Shown: in pieces, positions 40,903 through 53,553 of the stretch
Position numbering within the stretch: position 1 is the stretch's first letter
Layout of the letters: each line of letters opens with the position of its first letter
Source of the DNA: Candidatus Izemoplasmatales bacterium
GTDB taxonomy: Bacteria > Bacillota_I > Bacilli_A > Izemoplasmatales > Hujiaoplasmataceae
Assembly: GCA_050949045.1 (NCBI GenBank)
Contig: JBMNEZ010000001.1
Coordinates: forward strand, 480,001-544,000
Length of the DNA stretch: 64,000 nt
Direction: 5' to 3'
Translations under genes and position numbers: made by a program
The notes under the pieces: model-generated
What the model was told of the DNA's origin: nothing
The model's input: the letters and a program-made list of their open reading frames with translations, nothing else
The model's database searches: none

Positions 40903-41778
40903 CTATTCCCCGCGCTTCGCCATTATCAAATCGATTTCTGATTCATTGATACCAACCATTGCCTCACCGAGATTTTCCGAGATTTCAGCGAGGATCTGTG
41001 GATTATTATAGTTTTTGACAGCCTTGACGATTGCCTGTGCTCTTTTGGCGGGATCGCCTGATTTGAAGATGCCCGAGCCGACGAAAACGCCTTCGGCCCC
41101 AAGTTGCATCATCAAAGCCGCATCAGCGGGTGTGGCAATGCCTCCGGCGGCTAAATTGACGACCGGCAATTTGCCATTTTCATGGACATATTTAACGAGA
41201 TCAAAGCTGACGCGGAGTTCTTTAGCGGCCTCGAACAGCTCATCTTCGCGTAAGGAGGCGAGTTCGCGGATTTGTTTTTGAATCAAGCGCAGGTGCCTAA
41301 CTGCCTGAATGATGTCGCCGGTGCCCGGCTCGCCCTTGGTCCGGATCATCGATGCGCCTTCGGCGATCCTTCGAAGCGCTTCACCAAGGTCTTTAGCGCC
41401 GCAAACGAATGGTACCTTGAACAAAGTCTTGTCAATGTGATAAATATCATCGGCGGGAGACAAGACTTCGCTCTCATCGACAAAATCGATCTTGAGGGCT
41501 TCGAGGATCTGGGCCTCAACGAAATGGCCGATCCTGACCTTGGCCATGACCGGGATTGAAACTGCGGCCTGGATCTCTTTAATCAACTTTGGGTCGCTCA
41601 TTCTGGAGACGCCGCCGGCAGCTCTGATATCGGCGGGAATCCGTTCGAGAGCCATGACGGCACATGCGCCGGCTGCCTCGGCGATCAATGCCTGTTCCTT
41701 GGAGGTGACGTCCATAATGACGCCGCCTTTCAGAGTTTGGGCAAATTGTCTGTTCGATTCGAATCTTTTACTGGTCAT
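40903..41778 (-). CDS. pdxS: Pyridoxal 5'-phosphate synthase lyase subunit
   Basis: [60 protein letters not shown]. Confidence 0.98.
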   Translation of the reverse strand: MTSKRFESNRQFAQTLKGGVIMDVTSKEQALIAEAAGACAVMALERIPADIRAAGGVSRMSDPKLIKEIQAAVSIPVMAKVRIGHFVEAQILEALKIDFVDESEVLSPADDIYHIDKTLFKVPFVCGAKDLGEALRRIAEGASMIRTKGEPGTGDIIQAVRHLRLIQKQIRELASLREDELFEAAKELRVSFDLVKYVHENGKLPVVNLAAGGIATPADAALMMQLGAEGVFVGSGIFKSGDPAKRAQAIVKAVKNYNNPQILAEISENLGEAMVGINESEIDLIMAKRGE

Positions 41779-41830
41779 AGTTGTCGCTCCTCTTGACTAA
41801 TTCATTTTCATCAACTATATTATACATAAA

Positions 41831-41878
41831 TCTGGTGTTATAATAAGTCCCAAAATATGATTAATCATACAGACCAGA
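41831..41878. promoter_or_regulatory. Candidate PdxR operator in the divergent pdxS/pdxR region
   Basis: TCTGGT (41831)...ACCAGA (41873) inverted pair enclosing the palindrome TATGATTAATCATA. Confidence 0.5.
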
Positions 41879-41888
41879 TGAGGTGTTT

Positions 41889-43310
41889 ATGTTCTCATAT
41901 TTTATCCGCTTTGATTCCCTAAAACCGCTTTATGAGCAACTCTATGAACACATCAAGAAACAGATCCATGACCAAGCCTTGAATCCCGGCGAGAAACTCC
42001 CCTCGAAAAGAGTCCTTGCCCGCGAATTGGGAATCGGTGTCCAGACTGTAGTTTCCGCATACGAGCAACTGATCGCCGAAGGGTATCTCGAAGCCAAAGA
42101 AAAAAGCGGTTACTATGTCTCGCAGTTGCCCGAGATTATGATTGATGACATCATTGTAAAAAGCAGAAGCGCTAAGCCAAAAGTGACCGAACGATATTTG
42201 TTCGACTTCAAGACCTCCGTTGTCGATCCGGAGCATTTTCCCTACCTCGAATGGGCAAGACTTGAAAAAGACGTAATCTTGGACGATATGCAAAGCGCAA
42301 TCAATTTAAACACCCTTAACGGTTATCAGCCGCTTTTAGAGGAGATTGCGGGATACATCCAAAGATACCGAGGGATTGTCACCGATCCAGACAATATCGT
42401 CATCGGTTCGGGTTCGGAGTCACTGATCGCAATCATCAAGATGTTACTTGGCAAGGGAACAGTTGCCCTTGAGAATCCCGGGTATCCCAAAACCAGAAAA
42501 ATCTACACCCTGAATAACCTTGATAGCGTGGCTGTTACAGTTGATGATTGGGGACTCAATCCTGCGAAAATCAAAGATGACAAGGTTTCCCTGATCCATG
42601 TCACTCCCTCTCACCAATTCCCGACCGGCACGGTGATGCCGGTCTCAAGAAGATTAGAATTGCTTGAGTGGGCAAGGAAGAAATCCGATCGATATATCAT
42701 CGAAGACGATTATGACAGTGAATTCCGCTTTGCGGGTAAACCGATCCCCGCTTTAGCGGGGCTTGAAGGCGGAGAAAGGGTCATCTATCTCAACTCTTTC
42801 ACCAAGAGCATTGCCCCGAGTCTGAGGATCAGTTTTATGGTGCTTCCCAAAAAACTGAAGCTTCGCTTAGAAAGTGAACATCCCTATTATACTTGTCCGG
42901 TTTCCCTGATTAGCCAGGTAGCTCTCGAGCGTTTCATAGGCAGGGGATCTTTCGAAAGGCACCTCAATCGGATGAAAAAGATTTATCGGGTGAAACGCGA
43001 TTATCTGATCAGCCTGCTAAACGAGCTCCCGTTCAAGGATCGTTTTCAGATCGAGGGCGAAGAGGCTGGGCTCCATTTTCTTTTGAAGTTTGCTTCAGAA
43101 GTGAGTGAGGTAAAACTCGTTGAGAGCGCCGCGAAGCTGGGTGTCCGTGTCTATGGCCTTGATGAGTACCTGATCGAAAAATGTGAACACCAGCCGATGA
43201 TCATCATCGGCTATTCGGCGCTATCCCTTGATAGTATCAAAAAAGCCATCAAAATACTAAGAACAGCTTGGGCATGGTTGGGAGAATCAGAGGACGCACT
43301 TGCAAGGTAA
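41889..43310 (+). CDS. pdxR: MocR/GabR-family PLP-dependent regulator (PdxR-like)
   Basis: GntR HTH LPSKRVLARELG...AYEQLIAEGYL; VTPSHQFPTG, IIEDDYDSEF; divergent from pdxS. Confidence 0.88.
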   Translation: MFSYFIRFDSLKPLYEQLYEHIKKQIHDQALNPGEKLPSKRVLARELGIGVQTVVSAYEQLIAEGYLEAKEKSGYYVSQLPEIMIDDIIVKSRSAKPKVTERYLFDFKTSVVDPEHFPYLEWARLEKDVILDDMQSAINLNTLNGYQPLLEEIAGYIQRYRGIVTDPDNIVIGSGSESLIAIIKMLLGKGTVALENPGYPKTRKIYTLNNLDSVAVTVDDWGLNPAKIKDDKVSLIHVTPSHQFPTGTVMPVSRRLELLEWARKKSDRYIIEDDYDSEFRFAGKPIPALAGLEGGERVIYLNSFTKSIAPSLRISFMVLPKKLKLRLESEHPYYTCPVSLISQVALERFIGRGSFERHLNRMKKIYRVKRDYLISLLNELPFKDRFQIEGEEAGLHFLLKFASEVSEVKLVESAAKLGVRVYGLDEYLIEKCEHQPMIIIGYSALSLDSIKKAIKILRTAWAWLGESEDALAR

Positions 43311-43831
43311 AAGCAAGGCCAACTAATCATTTCAAGATGATCTTACTATTATTTTTTCAAGAACTACGGAAAGGTTTCAAGGCTATCATTTATGATGGTG
43401 TCAGTCAGTATATTACTCTCTGTTCAATTCAAAGTAATTGGCAAGATTCTGACCGCTATGTTTACCAAAGGATCATTGAACCCTATATTGAGTTTCCAAG
43501 CAATGCCTGAACTCAATAAGGATAAGGCAAAGTTGCCGTCTAGCCCGCCTTTGATCAGAAAGGGAAGTCCAAGCGAGAGCAAGATATTCAAAAGGATGTT
43601 TTCAAGAAAGGTTAACGGTTTACTGCGCTTGATATACAGCCATTTTTTAAGCGCGTCAGCATATTGTTTATGTATCCAAAAAACTTTTAATATATCGCCA
43701 GATTCAGGCAACACTACCAGAGAATAGGTCTGTTGGATCAACCAAAGGATTTGGATGACATATTTTATTAAATAGGGCTTACTTATGGAAGGATTTTATG
43801 CTATTATAATAACAGTGAAAGCGGTGGCATA

Positions 43832-44137
43832 ATGAGAATAAAAAAGCATCCAATCCTATCTTTTCAAGCAAAAGAAATTATTGATTTCGTCTATAACGGG
43901 CAACAGGTACATGGTTTGGCGGGAGACACGATTGCTTCGGCCTTACATGCCCTTGGTATCAAGGAATTATCGAAAAGCAGCAAATCAAAGCGATCTCGCG
44001 GCTTTTTTTGTGCGATCGGCAACTGCAGTTCCTGCCAGATGACGGTGGACGGCGTTCCCAATGTCAAAACTTGCATCACCAAACTTGAACAGGGGATGGT
44101 CGTCACCTCTGATGAAGGGCTTGGTGTTCTTAAATGA
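43832..44137 (+). CDS. 2Fe-2S binding subunit (sarcosine oxidase alpha N-terminal-like)
   Basis: GDTIASAL, RGFFCAIGNCSSCQMTVDG...TC. Confidence 0.9.
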   Translation: MRIKKHPILSFQAKEIIDFVYNGQQVHGLAGDTIASALHALGIKELSKSSKSKRSRGFFCAIGNCSSCQMTVDGVPNVKTCITKLEQGMVVTSDEGLGVLK

Positions 44138-45225
44138 TTGAACGCGACCTAATTATCATCGGTGGTGGGCCTGCCGGTCTCTCGGCAGCCAAAGTCGCAC
44201 TCGAGGCAGGACTTAGAGTCACAATTTTTGAACGTGGTCTCGCTCTTGGCGGGCAACTTGTCAAACAGACGCACAAGTTTTTCGGTTCCAAAGAGCAATA
44301 TGCCAAAACGCGCGGTATCGACATTGCCGAGAAAATGTACCAGAATTTACTTTTCTATCAAAATCTACTCGAAATCCATCTTGAAGCGACGGTTCTTGCC
44401 ATTTACAAAGATTATGTGGTGACCGTTCTCAAAGGCGACAAATATTTGAAATACAAGGCCAAAGCGGTTATTGTCGCTGTTGGGGCGAGCGAGAAGATGC
44501 TCGGTTTCGTCAACAATGATTTTCCAGGCGTTTATGGTGCAGGCGCTGTCCAGACGCTTATGAATCTCTATGGTGTCCTCCCCGGAAAGGAGATCATCAT
44601 GGTCGGTAGTGGCAACATCGGCCTAATCGTCAGTTATCAATTGTTACAGGCCGGAGTCAAGGTCAAAGCTGTAGTTGAGGCTGCTCCGACGATTGGCGGA
44701 TATAAGGTCCACGCTGCCAAGCTGAGACGCCTTGGGGTCCCGATTCTGACATCAACCACTATCAAAGAAGTCCTTGGCGATGGTGTAGTCGAGAAAGCGG
44801 TATTGGTGTCTCTTGATCAATCATGGCAGATGATTAAAGGTAGCGAACTAGTGATTAACGCTGACGCGATCTGCATTGCCGTTGGTCTTTCACCGTTACA
44901 CCAATTGCTATCGATGGTAGAGATTGAGATGCGTTATGTTCCTGAGCTTGGCGGATTAGTTCCCAAGACAAACGACTGTCTTGAAACTAGCATGAAGAAT
45001 GTTTTTGTGGCTGGTGACGTCAGCGGCATCGAGGAAGCTTCCAGTGCGATGGTCGAAGGTTCACTCGCGGGACTTTGTGCCGCCAAGGCTCTTGGCTTTA
45101 GCCATCCTAAATACGAGCAACTTGTAGATTCATGTCGTAAACAATTGTTGGTGCTCCGCATGGGGCCTTACGGAGCGAAAACGAGAATAGGAATCCAAAA
45201 ACTCAAGGAGGAGTCCGCATGTTGA
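44134..45225 (+). CDS. NAD(P)/FAD-dependent oxidoreductase, alpha-type subunit
   Basis: IIGGGPAGL, GGQLVKQTHKFFGS, VGSGNIGL, VAGDVSGIEEASSAMVEG. Confidence 0.9.
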   Translation: MIERDLIIIGGGPAGLSAAKVALEAGLRVTIFERGLALGGQLVKQTHKFFGSKEQYAKTRGIDIAEKMYQNLLFYQNLLEIHLEATVLAIYKDYVVTVLKGDKYLKYKAKAVIVAVGASEKMLGFVNNDFPGVYGAGAVQTLMNLYGVLPGKEIIMVGSGNIGLIVSYQLLQAGVKVKAVVEAAPTIGGYKVHAAKLRRLGVPILTSTTIKEVLGDGVVEKAVLVSLDQSWQMIKGSELVINADAICIAVGLSPLHQLLSMVEIEMRYVPELGGLVPKTNDCLETSMKNVFVAGDVSGIEEASSAMVEGSLAGLCAAKALGFSHPKYEQLVDSCRKQLLVLRMGPYGAKTRIGIQKLKEESAC

Positions 45226-45701
45226 ACAAAGATGGGTATCCAAGTCTAGAACAGGTAAAATCAAACTTTCCTGAAAAATCTGTTCTCGTCAAGCCTAAAG
45301 CGATCATTGAATGCTATGAGAAGATTCCTTGCAACCCTTGCGAGACCAGTTGTCCTTTCAAAGCAATCACAATTGGACCGGACATCAATGAGATTCCCAG
45401 GATCAATCATGATCTTTGCACCGGCTGTGGCATCTGTGTTTATAGTTGCCCCGGACTAGCGATCAGCACTGTCCAAATCAAGGACAACAAAGCTATTTTC
45501 AAGATTCCCTATGAAATGTTGCCGTTTCCTAAGGCGGGCGAGACCTGGGATGGAGTCAGCCGTTCCGGAGAGGTCATTTGCCCGGCAAAAATCATCAAAG
45601 TTGACCAAAACAAGAATCAGGACCGCACCAGCGTTGTCCAGGTTGAAATAGACAAGAAATATCTCTATGATTTCATTACGATCAGGTGCCCCAATGAATG
45701 A
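45219..45701 (+). CDS. 4Fe-4S dicluster subunit
   Basis: ECYEKIPCNPCETSCP and CTGCGICVYSCPGLAI. Confidence 0.9.
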   Translation: MLNKDGYPSLEQVKSNFPEKSVLVKPKAIIECYEKIPCNPCETSCPFKAITIGPDINEIPRINHDLCTGCGICVYSCPGLAISTVQIKDNKAIFKIPYEMLPFPKAGETWDGVSRSGEVICPAKIIKVDQNKNQDRTSVVQVEIDKKYLYDFITIRCPNE

Positions 45702-45978
45702 TAAAAAGAATATCATTATTTGTCGCTGTTCCGATGTCAGTCTGGCGGAGATCCATCGATTGCTCGAACAAGGATACACATCTTTCGAAGATTTGAAGCG
45801 AATTCTCAGAATCGGCATGGGACCATGCCAAGGGCAAACCTGCGCCGAACTTGTTCGTCGTGAGATCGCCAGGTATCTCAACTGCAAAATTGAAACAGTC
45901 CCGATCCATAAATCGCGGCCATTGACCATGGGAGTCAAGTTGAAAACAATTGCTGCAGGTGAAGAAGATGAAAACTAA
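45694..45978 (+). CDS. BFD-like 2Fe-2S subunit
   Basis: IICRCSDV...LKRILRIGMGPCQGQTC...RP. Confidence 0.9.
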   Translation: MNDKKNIIICRCSDVSLAEIHRLLEQGYTSFEDLKRILRIGMGPCQGQTCAELVRREIARYLNCKIETVPIHKSRPLTMGVKLKTIAAGEEDEN

Positions 45979-47113
45979 AATCATCATTATCGGCGCCGGC
46001 ATTAGTGGCGTCAGCATTGCCTACAATCTTGCAAAAATGGGCCAGGATGGCATTGTTGTGATCGAGAAGGCCTATATGACTTCCGGTGCGACCGGACGCT
46101 GTGGTGCCGGCGTCAGACAGCAATGGGGAACAAAAGGAAACTGTGAGATGGCGCAAAGATCGGTTAAATTCTTTGAAACCGCAAAAGAGACACTTGGATA
46201 TGCTGGCGATATCGAGTTTATGCAAGAAGGTTATTTGATTCTGGCTACCACCAAGGATGAGGTGGAACAGTTCCAAAAGAATGTGGAATTGCAAAACAGT
46301 ATCGGCATTCCCTCAAGGCTCGTCTCTGTCAAGGAAGCGCTGGAAATCGTCCCTCATCTTAATCCGGAAGCGTTCCTGATGGCAACTTTCTGTCCGACAG
46401 ATGGTCATCTCAATCCATTCCTGATGACTGATGCCTATTATCAGGCCGCCAAGCGTTTGGGAGTAAGGTTCCATTTTTTTGAGAACGTTTTGGAAATCAA
46501 AAGCGAGAATAATAAGATTAAAAAGGTCGTTACGGACAAGAATGAATACGAGACCGATGTCGTCGTCAACGCCGCTGGCGGGTTTGCTAGGGAAATTGGC
46601 CTGATGGCAGGAATCGAAATTCCCGTTTACTCGGAAAAACATGAGATCCTAGTTACTGAGCCGATTGCTAGGATTCAAGGGCCGATGGTGATGTCGTTCT
46701 CCAAAAACATCTATTGCCAACAGGTCCCCCATGGCAGTTTTTTGATTGGCAGGGGCGATCCCACAGTTCCCCATGATCACGATATCACTTCAAGTTGGCG
46801 TTTTCTCGATCTGATGGCGAAAACGGTTACCGAAATCTTGCCAAAGATTGGCGAATTGAGGGTCATCAGGCAATGGGCTGGGTCTTATAATATGTCACCT
46901 GATAAACAACCGATCATCAGCGAGGCCCCTGAACTCGAGGGTTTCTATATGGCCTGCGGCTTCAGTGGACACGGCTTTATGTTCGCCCCGATGACCGGAT
47001 TGTTGTTATCAGAAATCATTTTGAAACGCAAACCGTCTCTTGATGTCAGTAACTATCACTTGCATCGGTTCAAAACAAACAAAGCCTACGAAACCGAAAA
47101 ATCAGTTGTTTAG
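45968..47113 (+). CDS. FAD-dependent amino-acid dehydrogenase, beta-type subunit (DAO/sarcosine oxidase beta/proline dehydrogenase family)
   Basis: IIGAGISG, GATGRCGAGVRQQW, QWAGSYNMSPD, GFSGHGFMFAP. Confidence 0.9.
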   Translation: MKTKIIIIGAGISGVSIAYNLAKMGQDGIVVIEKAYMTSGATGRCGAGVRQQWGTKGNCEMAQRSVKFFETAKETLGYAGDIEFMQEGYLILATTKDEVEQFQKNVELQNSIGIPSRLVSVKEALEIVPHLNPEAFLMATFCPTDGHLNPFLMTDAYYQAAKRLGVRFHFFENVLEIKSENNKIKKVVTDKNEYETDVVVNAAGGFAREIGLMAGIEIPVYSEKHEILVTEPIARIQGPMVMSFSKNIYCQQVPHGSFLIGRGDPTVPHDHDITSSWRFLDLMAKTVTEILPKIGELRVIRQWAGSYNMSPDKQPIISEAPELEGFYMACGFSGHGFMFAPMTGLLLSEIILKRKPSLDVSNYHLHRFKTNKAYETEKSVV

Positions 47114-47128
47114 GAAGGAGTCAAACAA

Positions 47129-48685
47129 ATGGCAATTTATCCCTATCAAACCGAACCATTGACCGATTTCACGAAACCCGAAAACCGCGAGAAATACCAA
47201 CAGGCACTATCTGAAGTCGAAACTTCTTTTGGCGAGAATTTGCCCCTTATCATCGGCACAAACCGTGTTTTTACCAAGAACACTTACACTTCTTTTAATC
47301 CGGCAGATCACAATCAAGTGATCGCCACGATCTCCCAAGGCGGGATTAAAGAAGCTGATGAGGCGATGGAAGTCGCGTTGACGACTTTCGAGAGTTGGAA
47401 AAGGGTTGACCCCAGCGTCAGAGCCGATGTGCTGTTTAAAGCAGCGGCGATTCTTAAACGCGAGCGTTTCCATTTCAACGCTTTGATGACGCTCGAAGTT
47501 GGTAAACCTTGGATCGAAGCAGACGCCGACACGGCGGAAGCTATCGACTTTCTTGAGTATTACGGCAGACAGATGTTGCAGATTACGAGAATTGATGACC
47601 AAATTTTGAGTCGGAGGGATATCGAGCGAAATGAGTATCGCTACATTCCCCTTGGTGTCGGCGCTGTCATCACTCCTTGGAATTTTCCGCTTGCCATCTT
47701 GACGGGGATGACATCAGCCGCAATCGTGGCCGGCAACACAGTGATCTTGAAACCGGCGATAACAACCCAAACGATCGCTTTTAGATTTATGGATGTTCTT
47801 CAAAGAGCTGGTCTTCCCGCAGGAGTTGTCAGTTTTCTTCCAGGTAAAGGCAGTGAAATCGGCGAGTATCTGGTCAAACATCCGAAAACGAGATTTATCT
47901 CCTTTACCGGCAGCAAAGAAGTCGGTGTCAGTATCTACGAAAAAGCCGCTAAAGTCGGTAAAGGGCAAATTTGGCTCAAGCGTGTGATCGCGGAAATGGG
48001 TGGCAAAGATGCTATTCTCGTCGATGACGGTTATGATCCCGATAAGGCTGCCGAAGCGATTGTTGCCTCGGCATTTGGTTTTTCGGGACAGAAGTGTAGC
48101 GCTTGTTCACGGGTAGTCATCCATGAAAATCTCTATGACGAAGTCATTAAACGAATGATCGAAAAAACGAAAAAAATCAAAGTTGGTGACCCCCGTTTCG
48201 ATAATACCGACATGGGTCCGGTCAACGACCAGAAGGCATACGAATCGATCATGAAATATATCGAAATTGGCAGATCAGAGGGTAAAATTATTTTTGGAGG
48301 CACTGGAAACAAGGAGAAAGGCTGGTTCATCAACCCGACGATCATCGTCGATGTTGATCCCAACGCCCGGATCATGCAAGAAGAGATTTTTGGTCCCGTA
48401 GTGGCTGTGACGAAAGCCAAAAGTTTCTCCGAGGGACTCGAAATTGTCAATAACACCGAATTCGGCTTGACAGGCTCCTGTCTTTCCAACAATCGTCTGC
48501 ATCTCGAGATGGCGCGCACTGACTTTTTCGTTGGCAATCTCTATTTGAACCGCAAATGCACAGGCGCGATTGTTGGCTATCAGCCGTTTGGCGGTTTCAA
48601 TATGTCCGGCACCGATTCCAAGGCTGGTGGACCTGATTACTTATTGTTGCACATGCAGGGGAAAACGATTTCGGAAGCCTTATAG
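47129..48685 (+). CDS. pruA: L-glutamate gamma-semialdehyde (P5C) dehydrogenase, RocA type
   Basis: [60 protein letters not shown]. Confidence 0.95.
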   Translation: MAIYPYQTEPLTDFTKPENREKYQQALSEVETSFGENLPLIIGTNRVFTKNTYTSFNPADHNQVIATISQGGIKEADEAMEVALTTFESWKRVDPSVRADVLFKAAAILKRERFHFNALMTLEVGKPWIEADADTAEAIDFLEYYGRQMLQITRIDDQILSRRDIERNEYRYIPLGVGAVITPWNFPLAILTGMTSAAIVAGNTVILKPAITTQTIAFRFMDVLQRAGLPAGVVSFLPGKGSEIGEYLVKHPKTRFISFTGSKEVGVSIYEKAAKVGKGQIWLKRVIAEMGGKDAILVDDGYDPDKAAEAIVASAFGFSGQKCSACSRVVIHENLYDEVIKRMIEKTKKIKVGDPRFDNTDMGPVNDQKAYESIMKYIEIGRSEGKIIFGGTGNKEKGWFINPTIIVDVDPNARIMQEEIFGPVVAVTKAKSFSEGLEIVNNTEFGLTGSCLSNNRLHLEMARTDFFVGNLYLNRKCTGAIVGYQPFGGFNMSGTDSKAGGPDYLLLHMQGKTISEAL

Positions 48686-48907
48686 GTGTGAACAATCAAA
48701 TGATTTGATCTGTAAGCGACTCTTACAATTGTGACAAATCAATTTAGAAACGAGTATATGGAAGCCTTTGGCTTCATTTTGGTTTTCGCCGATCAGTGAA
48801 TTCATCCAGAAATTCATCAATCCTCTCAAAAAAATGTATGATATCAAATCGGATTTTACCAGTGTCATCGATGCCAAGATAGGTTGTGTTAGTGGTGGTG
48901 ATTTAAG

Positions 48908-49981
48908 ATGGTTTATTTGATTTTAGTCATTAATCCGGGATCGACCTCGACCAAGGTCGCGATTTTCAATAACAACAAACTGATCCAAGAACAAACACTC
49001 AAGCATGAAATTGAGGATCTGAAACGCTTTCCCACGATCATTGATCAATTATCATTTAGAAAACAGGTCATCCTCGATTTTTTGACTGAACATCGTTACA
49101 TCCCCGCCAATATCGATGTCTTTGTCGGCAGAGGCGGCCTTTTGAAACCGCTCCGTCAAAGCGGAACCTATCTGATTACCGACAATATGATTGAAGATCT
49201 CAAAAATTGTAAATACGGTTCACACGCTTCCAATCTGGGGGCATTGCTTGCCAATGAACTTGCGAGGCCACTCAACCGTCCCGCATATATCGTCAATCCG
49301 GTTTCGATCGATGAAATCGAAGACATAGCCAGAGTATCAGGCTTTAAAGGGATTGAGCGGATCAGTATGTTCCATGTTTTAAATCAGAAAGCGATCGCTC
49401 GTAAGCATGCCAAGTCCATCGGGAAAAAATATGAAGAATTGACGCTGATTGTTGCTCATTTGGGCAGCGGATTTACGGTGGGACTCCATCACAAAGGTCG
49501 TGTCATTGATGTCAATAACGGCATGGGGGGTGATGGTCCTTTCTCCCCTGAACGCACTGGTCAACTGCCGACATATCCACTTATTGAACTGTGTTTTTCG
49601 GGAAAATATACTGAAGAACAAGTCAGGAAGATGCTCGCCGGACATGGAGGACTCGTCTCCTATCTTGGCACAGCCAGCGGCATCGAGATCGAAAATCGCA
49701 TTAAAGAGGGGGACAAGGAAGCGGAATTCTATCTCAAAGCGATGGCCTATAACGTTGTCAAGGAAATCGGCAGTCTTTATTTCGCTGCTAAAGGATTAAT
49801 CGACGGCGTCATCGTCACCGGTGGCTTTGCCCGCAACCAGAGATTCATCGATTATATGAAAGACTATCTCGCATTGATCATACCGATTGTCGTCTATCCT
49901 GGAGAAGATGAAATGCGGGCGCTCGCTGAAGGCGCTCTCAATGTTCTCACCAAAAAGGAAAAAATCATTGCATATGAATAG
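48908..49981 (+). CDS. buk: Butyrate kinase
   Basis: INPGSTSTK, GRGGLLKP, HASNLG, LNQKA, GPFSPERTG, YPGEDEM. Confidence 0.94.
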   Translation: MVYLILVINPGSTSTKVAIFNNNKLIQEQTLKHEIEDLKRFPTIIDQLSFRKQVILDFLTEHRYIPANIDVFVGRGGLLKPLRQSGTYLITDNMIEDLKNCKYGSHASNLGALLANELARPLNRPAYIVNPVSIDEIEDIARVSGFKGIERISMFHVLNQKAIARKHAKSIGKKYEELTLIVAHLGSGFTVGLHHKGRVIDVNNGMGGDGPFSPERTGQLPTYPLIELCFSGKYTEEQVRKMLAGHGGLVSYLGTASGIEIENRIKEGDKEAEFYLKAMAYNVVKEIGSLYFAAKGLIDGVIVTGGFARNQRFIDYMKDYLALIIPIVVYPGEDEMRALAEGALNVLTKKEKIIAYE

Positions 49982-50064
49982 TAAATTGACAAGCGGCTGC
50001 TTGTCTTTTTTGTATAAAAAATCGAATGTGTTTGGAAAAAATGTAAAATCCCGATCATCAAATG

Positions 50065-50123
50065 TTGACATCACAGGCAATCATGATATAATAATATTGG
50101 CACTTAAAGGGTAAGAGTGCTAA
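50065..50123 (+). promoter_or_regulatory. Sigma-A promoter plus CIRCE (HrcA operator) of groESL
   Basis: TTGACA (50065), TGaTATAAT (50087); TTGGCACTT-N9-GAGTGCTAA at 50097-50123. Confidence 0.93.
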
Positions 50124-50146
50124 CAAGCAGAGAAAGGAGAAATAAT

Positions 50147-52049
<1,903 letters not shown>

Positions 52050-52053
52050 ATCC

Positions 52054-52085
52054 AAAAGGCACTGATGAAGAGTGCCTTTTTTCTT
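52054..52085 (+). terminator. groESL terminator
   Basis: AAAAGGCACT-loop-AGTGCCTTTT TTCTT. Confidence 0.85.
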
Positions 52086-52135
52086 GCTACTTTCGGTTAT
52101 AATTGTTATACTTATAAAAAAATCGGAGATTTGAG

Positions 52136-52846
52136 ATGTTCGAAACAATCATGTTTGATCTCGACGGGACGCTTTTGCCGCTCGACGAAGACAAGTTCAT
52201 CAATCTGTATTTTGGTGGTCTGGCAAAGATAGCTGCACAGATCAATCTTGAACATGGCCGATTCATGGATGCGCTTGCAAGCGGAGTCAAAGCGATGCTC
52301 AGTAATGACGGTGGTGAAACCAATTACAACCGTTTTTGGAAAACCTTTTGTACTGACTTGAATCTTGAAACTGCGGTTGTCGAACAATTATTCCTCGAGT
52401 ATTATCTGACTGATTTTAAAAAGTGTCGGGTCTCGAGTTGGAACAACCCGCTCGCACTGCCGCTGATTCGTTTTCTCAAACAAAAAGGTAAACGGATCAT
52501 CCTTGCGACCAATCCCTTGTTTCCCTTGGTGGCAATCAGGGAGCGCATGAGTTGGATAAATCTGGAAATAGTTGATTTTAGCGATATTACAACGTATGAG
52601 AACTCCAGTTTCTCTAAACCAAAATATCAGTATTATCAAGAAATCATCCAAAGACATGCACTCGATGTCAACCAGACACTCATGATTGGTAATGATGCTT
52701 CTGAAGACATGATTGCTGGCGTCTTGGGGGTTAAAACCTATCTGGTGACCGACTGCCTCAAAAATGAGGCAAATCTCGATCTCACCGCTTTCCGACGCGG
52801 AAGTTTTCAGGATCTTGACACCTATTTGCGTTCGACTGTCAAATGA
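52136..52846 (+). CDS. HAD-family hydrolase
   Basis: FDLDGTLL, LATNPLFP, KP, MIGND..ED. Confidence 0.9.
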   Translation: MFETIMFDLDGTLLPLDEDKFINLYFGGLAKIAAQINLEHGRFMDALASGVKAMLSNDGGETNYNRFWKTFCTDLNLETAVVEQLFLEYYLTDFKKCRVSSWNNPLALPLIRFLKQKGKRIILATNPLFPLVAIRERMSWINLEIVDFSDITTYENSSFSKPKYQYYQEIIQRHALDVNQTLMIGNDASEDMIAGVLGVKTYLVTDCLKNEANLDLTAFRRGSFQDLDTYLRSTVK

Positions 52847-52877
52847 CAAAAATCTGCAAGCAATATCTGCGCGTCCT

Positions 52878-52906
52878 TTGACATTGGCAAGTCGATTAAG
52901 TATAAT
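52878..52906 (+). promoter_or_regulatory. Consensus sigma-A promoter
   Basis: TTGACA-17 bp-TATAAT. Confidence 0.8.
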
Positions 52907-52938
52907 CAAAATAAAGCAATCATTTATCGGAGGCGGAA

Positions 52939-53553
52939 ATGCGCATCGGAATCATCGGGCCGATCGGCTGTGGAAAATCTAAACTATCGCAGAAACTCGC
53001 TGATTATTATCAAGCTGCCCTAGTCGAGGAACCAGTTGAGAAAAACGAATTTCTGCCTTTGTTTTATCAAGACAAGGAAATGTTCGCCTTACTGTCGCAA
53101 AATGCATTTTACAGTTCTTTGTTTCTGTTGATGTGGCGGACTAAAGATTTGCCCAATGTCATCTGTGATTCGACCTTGTTCTCTAATCTGGTTTTTACCG
53201 AATTACTTCGTCTCGAGGGAATCATGAGTGCTATGGAAGTCGCCCTGACCTACGCTATCGCTGACGAGCACCTCAAAAGGTTGCCCGATGTCGACATTCA
53301 TCTTGTCATTGTCAGAGAACAAGATCAGTTGTTTGAAAATGTCCGCAAGCGCGGTCGCGAGATCGAAAAAAACCAGGAAGACTATTTGAAGTTCCACTAT
53401 GCGAATTATTATGATGTTTTGAGAAGGATTTTTAAGGCATATAAAGTGCCGGAACAAAAAATCCTCTGGCTACCGATCAACGACATGGATCAACCCAATG
53501 AGTTCCAAGAAATCATCAAGAAGATCGAAACCAAGTATGCTACTCTCAAATAA
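52939..53553 (+). CDS. Deoxynucleoside kinase family protein
   Basis: GPIGCGKS, EEPVEKNEFLPLFYQD, RKRGREIE. Confidence 0.88.
   Translation: MRIGIIGPIGCGKSKLSQKLADYYQAALVEEPVEKNEFLPLFYQDKEMFALLSQNAFYSSLFLLMWRTKDLPNVICDSTLFSNLVFTELLRLEGIMSAMEVALTYAIADEHLKRLPDVDIHLVIVREQDQLFENVRKRGREIEKNQEDYLKFHYANYYDVLRRIFKAYKVPEQKILWLPINDMDQPNEFQEIIKKIETKYATLK

Noticed and set aside
43392..43741. Overlapping 105-111 aa ORFs on both strands between pdxR and the dehydrogenase operon
   Set aside because: No RBS or motifs; cannot tell a relic from non-coding DNA.
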